Positions 23,541-34,312 of a stretch of 64,000 nt of DNA are shown here, in pieces (positions within the stretch are counted from its first letter, which is position 1; every line of letters starts with the position of its first letter). The position numbers and the translations under genes were made by a program. The notes beneath the pieces were generated by a model. It searched no databases and had not been told where the DNA came from. It saw nothing but the letters and a program-made list of their open reading frames with translations. Source of the DNA: Thermoanaerobaculia bacterium (GTDB lineage Bacteria > Acidobacteriota > Thermoanaerobaculia > Multivoradales > Multivoraceae); NCBI GenBank assembly GCA_963666565.1, contig OY762911.1:224001-288000 (forward strand). Direction: 5' to 3'.

Positions 23541-24695
23541 ATGTCCCGTTCTCTGGCTCTTGCCGCGCTGACCCTGGCGAGCGCGTCCGCACCCGTACAA
23601 GCCGGCGACGACAGCGTCGAGGTTTCCGCCGGCGGACGAATCCAGGTCGAGGCCAGCGCGTCCTTTCCCGACCCGGCTCTGGAAGAGCGGTTCGAGTTCG
23701 AGGACGGCGTCGACTGGCGCCGCGCCCGCCTCGTGCTGAACGGCGAGCTCCTCGACCGGTTCACGTTCAAGATCGAGCACGACATCGCGAGCGGCGACAT
23801 CGTGCCCACGGACGTCTTCATCGAGGCCACGCCCAACGACGGCGCGGCCACGTTCCGCGCGGGCCACTTCAAGGAGCCGTTCAGCCTCTCGATCCAGCAG
23901 TCGTCGAACTCCCACTCCTTCATCGCGCGTCCGGCCGCGGTCACCGCCCTGGCGCCCGGCCGCAACCTCGGCTTCATGGTCCACGACCGGCTTCCCGGCG
24001 ACCGCGTCGCCTGGGCGGCCGGCGCCTTCCGCGACAGCGACGGCTACGACATGCGCCCCGGCTCGGACTGGAGCCTGACCGGCCGCCTCACCGGCCTCGC
24101 CCTGGACGGAGACGAGGGAAGCGAACCCCTGCTCCATCTCGGCGTGACCCTCTCGCACCGCCAGCCCACCGCGGACGCCGTCCGTCTGCGCGGCCGTGCC
24201 GGCGTACGGCTCGCGCCGCGTACGGTCGACACCGGATGGCTGCCGGCCGACGGCATGCGGCTGGTCGGCGCCGAGCTGGCGTTCGCCCGGAATTCGTTCT
24301 GGCTGCAGGGAGAGGCGCTGTCCGCCCAGGTGGACTTGCTGCCTGCCGGTTCCCCGGACGGCCGGAGCGCCCGGTTCGACGCCGGGTACGTCGAGGCGGG
24401 CTGGTTTCTCACCGGAGAGAGGAAGCCCTACAGCCGCGGTTCCCGCACCTTCAACCGGTTGAAGCCGAAGGCGCCCGCGCCCGAAGGCAGGGGCGCCTGG
24501 GAACTCGCCGCGCGCTGGGACCGCATCGATCTGACCGACGGCGCCGTTCCAGGCGGCGGCCAGCGGAGTCTCTCCGTGGCCCTCAACTGGTATCTCCGAG
24601 GCAACGTGCGCGTGCTCGCGAACTACGTGTCGACCGACCCGGACGGCGCCGGATCGGTAGAACACGCCGGCCTGCTCCTGCACTACGACTTCTGA
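23541..24695 (+). CDS. Phosphate-selective porin, OprO/OprP family
   Basis: Signal peptide, WRRARL, GHFKEPFSL, WFLTGE, GAWELAAR, LNWY, C-terminal Phe; AGGAG RBS. Confidence 0.92.
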   Translation: MSRSLALAALTLASASAPVQAGDDSVEVSAGGRIQVEASASFPDPALEERFEFEDGVDWRRARLVLNGELLDRFTFKIEHDIASGDIVPTDVFIEATPNDGAATFRAGHFKEPFSLSIQQSSNSHSFIARPAAVTALAPGRNLGFMVHDRLPGDRVAWAAGAFRDSDGYDMRPGSDWSLTGRLTGLALDGDEGSEPLLHLGVTLSHRQPTADAVRLRGRAGVRLAPRTVDTGWLPADGMRLVGAELAFARNSFWLQGEALSAQVDLLPAGSPDGRSARFDAGYVEAGWFLTGERKPYSRGSRTFNRLKPKAPAPEGRGAWELAARWDRIDLTDGAVPGGGQRSLSVALNWYLRGNVRVLANYVSTDPDGAGSVEHAGLLLHYDF

Positions 24696-24838
24696 AAAGA
24701 CCCGCGTCGCCAGCGCGTCAGGAGGTTCGGAAGCCGACGCTTCGCGCCGGATGCCGCCCCGGGGACGCCGGCGCACCCGGTTCCGCGGCGCAAGCTCCCG
24801 GCTCCAGCAGCGTTGACGCGGAATCCTCCTCCGGCGAC

Positions 24839-26797
<1,959 letters not shown>

Positions 26798-26910
26798 GCA
26801 GGGATCATCCAGGGTCGAGTTGCAAGTCCGCCGCGAACCGGCGAAGGGCGCGGACGCGGGAGTCGGCGAAAGCCCGTGAGACTACCGCGACCGCCCACGA
26901 CGCGGCGGCA

Positions 26911-27013
26911 TCAGATAACGCCGAGCCGGACGAGGGCGACCAGGAAGCCCAGCATCGTGGAGAAGACCAGCAACAGCAGCCGGTTCTCCCGCCGGAACGC
27001 CGCGAACTGCGTC
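26911..27013 (-). pseudogene. 3' remnant of a small membrane-anchored protein gene
   Basis: Reads TQFAAFRRENRLLLLVFSTMLGFLVALVRLGVI-stop (one TM helix); upstream sequence is just antisense mcrC. Confidence 0.45.
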
Positions 27014-27868
27014 CGCCGCCTGCTCGACCGCGGGCTGATCGCCTGCCGCTTCGACGAACTCACGATGGATACGCCGCGCAACCGCTTCGTCCTCGCGGCC
27101 CTGGACTCCGTCGCCCGCCGCGTTCAAGGCCCGGAACTCGCGCACAGGTGTCGTGAGGTCGGGAACCGTCTGCGGCGACTGGGGGTGTCGACAGCGCCGC
27201 CGAATGCCCGGCAACTTCGCTCGGACCGGCTCGGACGCCATGACGTTCCCGACCGATTCATGTTGGCCGCCGCGAAGTTGGCGATCGATCTCGCCCTGCC
27301 AGCCGAGCACGCGGGCGTCCACGCGCTACCGCAGCCGCAGCGGGAGGAACGCTGGGTGCGCCGCCTCTTCGAAAAGGCCATCGGCGGTTTCTACCGGGTC
27401 GTCCTAGCGCCGCAGAACTGGGGAGTTCAGACCGGCCGTTGGCTGAACTGGCAATGCGAGGAGGCTACGCCGGGTATCGAGCGCATTCTGCCGAGGATGC
27501 AGACGGACATCGTTCTCGACCGACCGTCACCCGAAGCCCGCATCGTGATCGACACCAAGTTCACCTCGATCACGACAGAAGGGTACATGAGGGACGAGAC
27601 CCTCAAGCGCGATCACCTCTTTCAGATCTACGCCTACCTCCGCTCCCAGGTCGGCCGTGGACGCGACCTGGACGACCGAGCCGAAGGCCTGCTCCTCTAT
27701 CCAAGCGTCGGCGCCGACCTCGACGAGAGTGTCCACATCCAAGACCACCGAATCCGCTTCGCCACCGTCGATCTCACCGCCTCGCCCATGGAGATCCGGC
27801 GCCGGTTGCTCTCGGTGACTCAGCCGCCAACTCGGGCACCGTCTGTTCGCTCCACCGAGAATCTCTGA
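27014..27868 (+). pseudogene. mcrC: 5'-truncated McrC-family 5-methylcytosine restriction subunit
   Basis: LLDRGLIACRFDELTMDTPRNR, QTDIVL, VIDTKF, LFQIYAYL, GLLLYP; N-terminus and mcrB absent (internal ATG at 27065). Confidence 0.85.
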
Positions 27869-27944
27869 CCGGCCAAGGCAAACTGACGAAGCTCCGCGGC
27901 ACGAGCGTCCACTTCGAACGTCGTCAGGATCGGCCTGCCCGCCG

Positions 27945-28092
27945 AGGCACCGGAGTCCCGGCGCGCAGGCGGAACTGGTGCTCGACGAAGAACTCCTCCC
28001 GGAACGCGACGAGGCCGAAGTGCCCCTGGCTCCGCCCGCCGAGGACAGGGCGTCTACCTCGGCCTCGCGTTCGTGCAGGCAGCGGGCGCGGT
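27945..28092 (-). pseudogene. Degenerate duplicate fragment of the ceramidase-like gene at 28639
   Basis: RARCLHEREAEVDAL/VLGGRSQGHFGLVAFREEFFVEHQFRLRA vs RARFPREREAEVNTLVLGERGAGQFALATFPGEFFVEHQLRLRA; one frameshift; 21-nt exact DNA match. Confidence 0.8.
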
Positions 28093-28099
28093 CGCCGAT

Positions 28100-28336
28100 T
28101 CAGGACGCCCGGGCAGTTGGCCGCTTGCGCTCCCGGTCGTGCTTTCGCGGTTCAACGCCGTCCTCCCGGCACATCTCCAGAAAAACGGCAAGCGACGTCG
28201 ACGCCTCGTCGTGGAGATGCGCCATGTCCGCGGCATAGAAGTCCGCGCCGCCATTCAGACCGACGAACTCGCCACGGTACATCCGAAGTTCGGAGTCGTA
28301 GCGAACGACGGCCCGGTAACCCTCGACCTCGATCAT
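28100..28336 (-). CDS. hicB: HicB-family antitoxin, C-terminally truncated
   Basis: GYRAVVRYDSELRMYRGEFVGLNGGADFYA...FLEMCREDGVEPRK; the usual C-terminal DNA-binding domain is missing. Confidence 0.85.
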   Translation of the reverse strand: MIEVEGYRAVVRYDSELRMYRGEFVGLNGGADFYAADMAHLHDEASTSLAVFLEMCREDGVEPRKHDRERKRPTARAS

Positions 28337-28596
28337 GCTCGTCCTGGTTCCACTCCATTCGCCTTGAGCCACCGCCGGATACTGCTCACGGCGCCCTTGT
28401 CCGTCGCCGGACCGGGGTGCGGTCGGTGAAAGACCCGCCGTTCGCCGAAGAGCCTGACACCGACCCGCGAGCCTCGGCGCTCGCTGATCTCCGCTCCCAA
28501 CCCGACGAAGAGTGCCTCGATGTCACGTCACGGTATGTTAGCGCTTGTCGGTCGGCTGAAGATCAGCGCGAGGGTTCTGCGGTGGCGGCGCTTCAT
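28333..28596 (-). pseudogene. hicA: HicA-family toxin with premature TGA at codon 23
   Basis: MKRRHRRTLALIFSRPTSANIP*RDIEALFVGLGAEISERRGSRV...VFHRPHPGPATDKGAV; ATGA overlap with hicB. Confidence 0.88.
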
Positions 28597-28638
28597 CGCG
28601 GCGACGATACAGCCCGGATCGCGCCGCATTCCACCGCT

Positions 28639-29973
28639 TCACGGCGGCGCGTCGTGCAGCCAGCCGGCCTGTTCGAGGATCGAGATCGCGGCCAGGTCGA
28701 CCAGCTTCTCGCCGGCGCCGACTTCGACGATCGTCGCCTCCCGGCCGCCGTAGCCGCCCTGGGCGGCGGCGGCGATGGTCGGGAAGTAGGCGAGTTCGCC
28801 GTTCGTGTAGCCGGCGAAGAAGACGTGAGGCACCTGAGCCTCGGCGCGCAGACGCAGCTGGTGCTCGACGAAGAACTCGCCCGGGAAGGTGGCGAGGGCG
28901 AACTGGCCCGCGCCGCGCTCGCCGAGGACCAGCGTGTTCACCTCGGCCTCGCGTTCGCGGGGGAAGCGCGCGCGGTAACGCTCGAGCGACGCCTCCAGAC
29001 CGTGGCGCCGGAAGCCCTCCTCGACGACCGGGGAGTCCAGGTCCCAGCGCGGATCGAGCGTCACCAGGTGGCGCTTCACGGACAGGGTCGCCGGATCGTG
29101 AAACGCCTCCGCCGCCGCCAGGTCGGCCCGGACGCGGAGCACCTCCTGGCCCAGCCGCTCTCCCGCCATGCGGACCTGCTCGAAGCCGCCCTCCGCGGGC
29201 GGCGTCTTGTCCCAGAAGGGGTTGATGTCGCCGGCGGCGCCCTGGAGGAGCATCGGCACACCGCCACCGCGCTCGGCGACCAGAGCCGCCATCGCCCCCG
29301 GATAGTCGGCGGAGACGAGCATGTTCTCGGGACCCAGGATGACCGGGTGAACGGCGAAGTTGACCACCGTGGCGATCGCCTCGCCGTCCGCGCCGTCGAC
29401 CGCCAGCACGCCGACCGACTCGTCGAGCGGCGCGGTCGGCAGCCGGCCGCGGTTGCGCCAGAACATCTCGACGCTGCCGTCGGCAAGCACGCGGCGCCGG
29501 TTGTGCCCCTCGCTGGCGCGGCCCCAGCCCACGGCTACACGCGCCGGGCGGAGCGCTGCGTGCGCCTCCAGAACGACACCGGCGATCTTCCGCTCCACTT
29601 CCTCCACCCACGGACTCCCGGCGCTCGGGAAGTCCGTCTCGAACAGCGGCGCGGAGTGCGTGTGGGAAGCGTTCAGCAGAACGTGGTCGAAGCCGGCCGC
29701 GTCGAGGACCGCCTGCCGTATCGGGACGGTGTTCTCCTTGCGGATGGAGCCGAGGTCGAGCGTGACCAGTGCCGCCGTCTCGCCGCCGGCCTCGAGCACC
29801 AGGGCTCGCGCATGGAGCGGGTCGTGAACTCCCTCGGAGCGGTTCGTTCCGCGGGCGCCGTAACCGTAGAGCAGCGAGCCGGCCGGCGGCGTGATCTCGA
29901 CCGCGGCGGCGCCGGCCTGAAGCTGGGCGGTCATTGGCGGCGGACTCGCGCAGCCGAGGCCGAGAACAGCCAA
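28639..29973 (-). CDS. Neutral/alkaline ceramidase-like hydrolase (start uncertain)
   Basis: GVHDPLHARALVL, ASHTHSAP, NFAVHP, SADYPG, QGAAGDINP, PGEFFVE, GYTNG; lipobox-like LGLGC. Confidence 0.8.
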   Translation of the reverse strand: MAVLGLGCASPPPMTAQLQAGAAAVEITPPAGSLLYGYGARGTNRSEGVHDPLHARALVLEAGGETAALVTLDLGSIRKENTVPIRQAVLDAAGFDHVLLNASHTHSAPLFETDFPSAGSPWVEEVERKIAGVVLEAHAALRPARVAVGWGRASEGHNRRRVLADGSVEMFWRNRGRLPTAPLDESVGVLAVDGADGEAIATVVNFAVHPVILGPENMLVSADYPGAMAALVAERGGGVPMLLQGAAGDINPFWDKTPPAEGGFEQVRMAGERLGQEVLRVRADLAAAEAFHDPATLSVKRHLVTLDPRWDLDSPVVEEGFRRHGLEASLERYRARFPREREAEVNTLVLGERGAGQFALATFPGEFFVEHQLRLRAEAQVPHVFFAGYTNGELAYFPTIAAAAQGGYGGREATIVEVGAGEKLVDLAAISILEQAGWLHDAPP

Positions 29974-30047
29974 TGCCGCCCAGCCCGTGCGGCCCAGTCC
30001 CGCATGGAGCCGGTTCGTGCTCGCTGCTTCGCAGCATCGCGCTCGAT

Positions 30048-30070
30048 GCGGGTCGGAAGACCCGCGCACC
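30048..30070 (-). repeat. REP-like element, first hairpin only
   Basis: GGTGC-GCGGGTC-TTCC-GACCCGC. Confidence 0.8.
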
Positions 30071-30124
30071 GACAGGGCGGCCGGTTCCCTGCGCGGCAGC
30101 GCAGCATCGCGGCTGCGAACGCTG

Positions 30125-31336
30125 CTAGTTCTCGCCACCGTTGATCGTGCCCCACGGCACCCTTCCCAACGGATCGCGCAGGATGCGCCGCGCCACGACC
30201 ATCCGGTGCACCTCGTCCGGGCCGTCGTAGAGCCGCGCGTAGCGGGCCTCGCGGTACATCTTCTCGAGCGGCGTGTCGCCGGTGACGCCGAGCGCGCCGT
30301 GCACCTGGATCGCCCGGTCGATCACGTTGTGGAGCATCCGCGCGCCCCAGAACTTGATCAGCGAGATCTCGACCCGCGCCTGCTCGCCCCGGTCCATCGC
30401 CTCCGCCGCGTCGAGCGTCATCAGCCGCGCCGCCTGGATCTCGGCGGCCGACTCGGCGACGTAGCGCTGGATCTCGCCCTTCTCGGACAGGTAGGAGCCG
30501 TGCGCCCAGCGCGACTTGGCGCGCTCGCACATCAGCTCGAAGGCCCGCTGGGCCTGGCCCAGCCACCTCATGCAGTGGAAAATCCGGCCCGGCCCCAGCC
30601 GCCTCTGCGCGATGACGAAGCCCTCGCCGCGGCCGCCGAGCAGGTTGTCCTTCGGCACCCGCACGTCGTTGTAGCGCACCTCGCAGTGCTGGCCGGAGGT
30701 GGTTCCCATCGTCGGCACCGCGCGCACGATCTCGTAGCCGGGCGTGTCCGTCGGCACGATGATCGAGGAGAACTTGCGGTGCCCCTGGGCCTCCGGCTCG
30801 GTCAGGGCGAAACAGGTCGTGAACGCGGCCCGGCTGGCGCCGCTGGTGAACCACTTGTGGCCGTTGATCACCCAGTCGTCGCCGTCGAGCACCGCTCGCG
30901 TCTGCATCAGGGTCGGGTCGGAGCCGGCGACTTCCGGCTCGGTCAGCCCGACCGACGGGTAGATGTCGCCCGCCACCAGAGGCTTGAGCCAGCGCTCCCT
31001 CTGCTCGTCGCTGGCGTAGAGGTGAAGCATGATCGAGTCCTGCATCGACGCCGAGCCGACGGCGACTTGTCCATAGTGCGAGCGGCCGATGATCTCGTTC
31101 AGGTAGACAAACGGCATGAGCGGCAAACCCCCGCCGCCGATCTCAGCCGGGTGCCCCAGCGCCCACAGGCCCCGCTGCTTGGCGAGCGCCTTGAGCTCCG
31201 CCAGCCGGCCGCGGGAGCGGTCCTCGCCGGACTCCGACTCCAGTTCCGGTTCGGCCGGAATCACCTCGCCGTCGATGAACTCCCGCATCCGCTCCCGGAG
31301 TTCGACCACCTCGTCCGTCAGACCGTACCTGCCCAT
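30125..31336 (-). CDS. Acyl-CoA dehydrogenase family protein
   Basis: LTEPEVAGSDP, WVINGHKWFTSGA, AQRRLGPGRIFHCMR, AIQVHGALG, YDGPDEVH. Confidence 0.95.
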   Translation of the reverse strand: MGRYGLTDEVVELRERMREFIDGEVIPAEPELESESGEDRSRGRLAELKALAKQRGLWALGHPAEIGGGGLPLMPFVYLNEIIGRSHYGQVAVGSASMQDSIMLHLYASDEQRERWLKPLVAGDIYPSVGLTEPEVAGSDPTLMQTRAVLDGDDWVINGHKWFTSGASRAAFTTCFALTEPEAQGHRKFSSIIVPTDTPGYEIVRAVPTMGTTSGQHCEVRYNDVRVPKDNLLGGRGEGFVIAQRRLGPGRIFHCMRWLGQAQRAFELMCERAKSRWAHGSYLSEKGEIQRYVAESAAEIQAARLMTLDAAEAMDRGEQARVEISLIKFWGARMLHNVIDRAIQVHGALGVTGDTPLEKMYREARYARLYDGPDEVHRMVVARRILRDPLGRVPWGTINGGEN

Positions 31337-31510
31337 GCCTGCCTCCTTCGACCGCTGTTCGGGAACAGCCGCCGATGATGCCACAGAGGCAGGCCCCGGC
31401 CGCCCGCCGGGCGCGCCCAGGTCGCCCACGCCGCCGAAACCGGACGATAGCGCCGGGGGCGTCGTCGGACCGCGAGTGGCGGCAGCCGAGGCCGGCGCTA
31501 TGATCCCCGG

Positions 31511-32887
31511 ATGAAGGAAGCCGCCGGCGCCGTCGCGCCGCTGCCGCCCGGACCGACGGGACGCAGGTTCCAGAACATACGACAGCGCCTTTCCCGACAC
31601 TCGGACTTCATGGACGAACTCCACGCGGAGTACGGCGACATCGTCTTCTTCGAGATCCCGGCCCGCAAGTGCGCGGCCGTGTTCAGCGCCGAGCTGATTC
31701 ACGAAGTCCTGGTCGGGCAGGAGCCGTACTTCCAGCCCTACTACCCGAAGACCTCGTACAACCTGATCCCGTCGCCCTGCCTGGCGACGTCCCGCTTCGA
31801 GACCCACACGGAACTCGAGAAGGTGATGAGCGCGGCCTTCACGCCGGAGCGCATGCCCGTCTACGGGGAGGCGATTATCGCCAACGCCCTGACGTTCCGG
31901 GAGCGCCTCGCGTCGAACGGCCAGGGAACCTCGGACTTCAAGTACGAGGCGGAGCGCTACACTTGGGGCGCCCTGCTGGACGCCGTGATCGGCGTCGACT
32001 TCCACGTCGAACCGGAGCTCGGTAAATCCGTCCTCGACGCGATGAAGAGCGACATGCTCCTCAGTCTGCTTCCCTTCGGGCTGGCGCTCAAGAGGCTGCC
32101 GCTGCCGCACAACGTCCGCACCGCCCGGCAGATCAAGGCCCTCGACGAGCAGACCTACCGGTCGATCGAGCGGGCTCGCGATCCGGACTACCCGGGCGAC
32201 AACGTGATCGCGCACTTCGTCCGCGCCGCCGATGAAGGCGTCGTCGACTGGAGTTTCCCGGACGACTCCGAGATCCGCGACGAGGCCTACACGCTGATGT
32301 TCGGCGCCGTGGACGCGCCGACCGGCACCCTGACCCACGGCATCCACTTCCTGGCGCGGAATCCGGCGGCGCGCGAACGGCTCGAGCGGGAGGTGGACGA
32401 CGTGCTGGGCGATCGGGAGATCGGGCTCGCGGACCTCGACCGGCTGCCCTGGGCGAACGCCGTCTTCAGGGAGACGCTGCGCCTCGAACCGCCGGCCTAC
32501 GTCCTGATCCCGAGGGAAACCCTCGAAGACTGCGTCGTCGGCGGCTACCTGGTGCCGAAGGGCACGCTGATGAACGTCTGCATGCGCGCGATGCACCGCC
32601 GGCCCGACTACTTCGAGGACGCCGACGCCTTCCGGCCGGAACGCTGGCTCGAAGACGCCAAGCAGGGCGGCTCGAAGTGCCCGGCTCACTCCTACCTCCC
32701 TTTCAGCACGAAGCCCCGCATCTGCCAGGGCGAGGACTTCGCGAGGATTCTCTTCGTCTCCGGCCTCGCGACCCTGGTCCAGAAGCTGCGGCTCGAACCC
32801 GAGAGCGACGAGCCGCCCACCAAGACGAACATCGGCGTCGGCATCATGGGGACGTACCCGGTGCGGGTCGGCGAGCGCGGCGGATGA
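31511..32887 (+). CDS. Cytochrome P450 (1 of 3)
   Basis: LPPGP hinge, ETLR, FRPERW, heme loop FSTKPRICQG. Confidence 0.93.
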   Translation: MKEAAGAVAPLPPGPTGRRFQNIRQRLSRHSDFMDELHAEYGDIVFFEIPARKCAAVFSAELIHEVLVGQEPYFQPYYPKTSYNLIPSPCLATSRFETHTELEKVMSAAFTPERMPVYGEAIIANALTFRERLASNGQGTSDFKYEAERYTWGALLDAVIGVDFHVEPELGKSVLDAMKSDMLLSLLPFGLALKRLPLPHNVRTARQIKALDEQTYRSIERARDPDYPGDNVIAHFVRAADEGVVDWSFPDDSEIRDEAYTLMFGAVDAPTGTLTHGIHFLARNPAARERLEREVDDVLGDREIGLADLDRLPWANAVFRETLRLEPPAYVLIPRETLEDCVVGGYLVPKGTLMNVCMRAMHRRPDYFEDADAFRPERWLEDAKQGGSKCPAHSYLPFSTKPRICQGEDFARILFVSGLATLVQKLRLEPESDEPPTKTNIGVGIMGTYPVRVGERGG

Positions 32888-34266
32888 CGCCGTCAGGCAA
32901 CGGCAACGACAGGCCCAGGCTGCCTCCGGGCCGCCAGGGCGGGAAGCTGCGGACCCTGCGCCGCCTGATGACCGATCCCAACGGCTTCTTCGAGGGGCTG
33001 CACGCCAAGTACGGCGACATCGCCCGCTACGAAACGCCGGGGACGAAGTTCTGCGCCATCTTCTCGTCCGAACTGCTCGAGGAGCTGATGGCGAAGGACT
33101 CCGTCTTCCCGCCGTCGTATCCGAGAAGCCGGTACGACGTCGTCAAGTCGCCCGGCCTCGCCCGCATGCGGGACGACGAGCACCACCGACTCGGCGATCT
33201 CATCGCGAGCGCCTTCTCCCCGGACCGCATGCGCATGCACTCCGACATCCTCGCGGAGCAGGTGGAGGAGCACTGCGGCCGACTGCGGGCGGCGGAGGGC
33301 GTGGACATCCGCTACTTCGCCGAGTGCTTGGCGTGGGAGGCGACGTTCGGCGCCGTGTTCGGGCGCGACGCCCGCGCCGCACCCGCAGTCGCCAGAACGC
33401 TCGCCAGCGCGGTCAAGCTCGGCTACCTGCTCTCAGCGTTGCCCGGAGGGGCGCGGCTGGCACGCCTGCCGTTGCCCTACATGCTGAAGGCCCTGCGCGC
33501 GTCGAAGGAGCTGGACGCGCTCGCCTACCGGGCGATCCGCCGGGCCAGAGACCCGGAGCACCCCGGCAACGACGTGGTTTCCCACCTGGTCCGCGCCGCT
33601 GGCGAGGGCCCCTTCGACTGGACCTTCGAGAACGACACGAGAGTGCGCGACGAGGGCTTCTCGCTCGTGTTCATCTCCTACGAGACCCAGATCATCCCTC
33701 TCGTCTACGCCGCCTTCTACCTGTCCCGGAATCCGGACGCGAGAGAGCGCCTCGAGCGGGAAGCGGACGAGGTGCTCGGAGACCGGCCGCTCGCGGGAAC
33801 CGACTTCCCGAAGCTCCGTTACGCCCAAGCGACGTTGAACGAACTGCTCCGGGTCCAGTCGCCCGCCCAGACGCTGGTGCCGCGCCCGGCGGCAGAGGAC
33901 GGCACGCTCGGCGGCTACCTCATCCCGAAGGGCACCGTGATCCAGGTTCCGCTGCCGGTGCTCCACCAGCGCACCGATTACTGGGACCGCGCCGGCGACT
34001 TCCGGCCCGAACGCTGGCTGGCCGACTCCCCCGACGAGACGACCGCATGCCCCGCGGCGTTCGCGCCGTTCAGCCGGGCGCCGCGGGCCTGTCTCGGCGC
34101 GCCCTTCGCCACCGTGCTCCTGGTCTTCACCCTGGCCGACCTGGCGCGGCGATTCCGCATCGAACCGGTGGACCGCGAGATTCCCAAGCGGCTCAGCGCG
34201 GACGTCGGTTTCTTCGACGGGCCGATCCTCGTGAACGTCAGGGAGAGAACGGAGGGGCGGCCCTGA
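32884..34266 (+). CDS. Cytochrome P450 (2 of 3)
   Basis: ATGA overlap with P450-1; ELLR, FRPERW, FSRAPRACLG. Confidence 0.93.
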   Translation: MTPSGNGNDRPRLPPGRQGGKLRTLRRLMTDPNGFFEGLHAKYGDIARYETPGTKFCAIFSSELLEELMAKDSVFPPSYPRSRYDVVKSPGLARMRDDEHHRLGDLIASAFSPDRMRMHSDILAEQVEEHCGRLRAAEGVDIRYFAECLAWEATFGAVFGRDARAAPAVARTLASAVKLGYLLSALPGGARLARLPLPYMLKALRASKELDALAYRAIRRARDPEHPGNDVVSHLVRAAGEGPFDWTFENDTRVRDEGFSLVFISYETQIIPLVYAAFYLSRNPDARERLEREADEVLGDRPLAGTDFPKLRYAQATLNELLRVQSPAQTLVPRPAAEDGTLGGYLIPKGTVIQVPLPVLHQRTDYWDRAGDFRPERWLADSPDETTACPAAFAPFSRAPRACLGAPFATVLLVFTLADLARRFRIEPVDREIPKRLSADVGFFDGPILVNVRERTEGRP

Positions 34267-34312
34267 GGGCGCCCCGATCGCCGGCGAACCGACCACCGAA
34301 GGGAGACCTACG

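Noticed and set aside
28528-28530. In-frame TGA in hicA as a sign of recoding (code 4 or selenocysteine)
   Set aside because: TGA terminates many conserved genes here (rplD, rplC, rpsL, fusA), the position corresponds to Trp not Cys, and tRNA-Trp has a normal CCA anticodon
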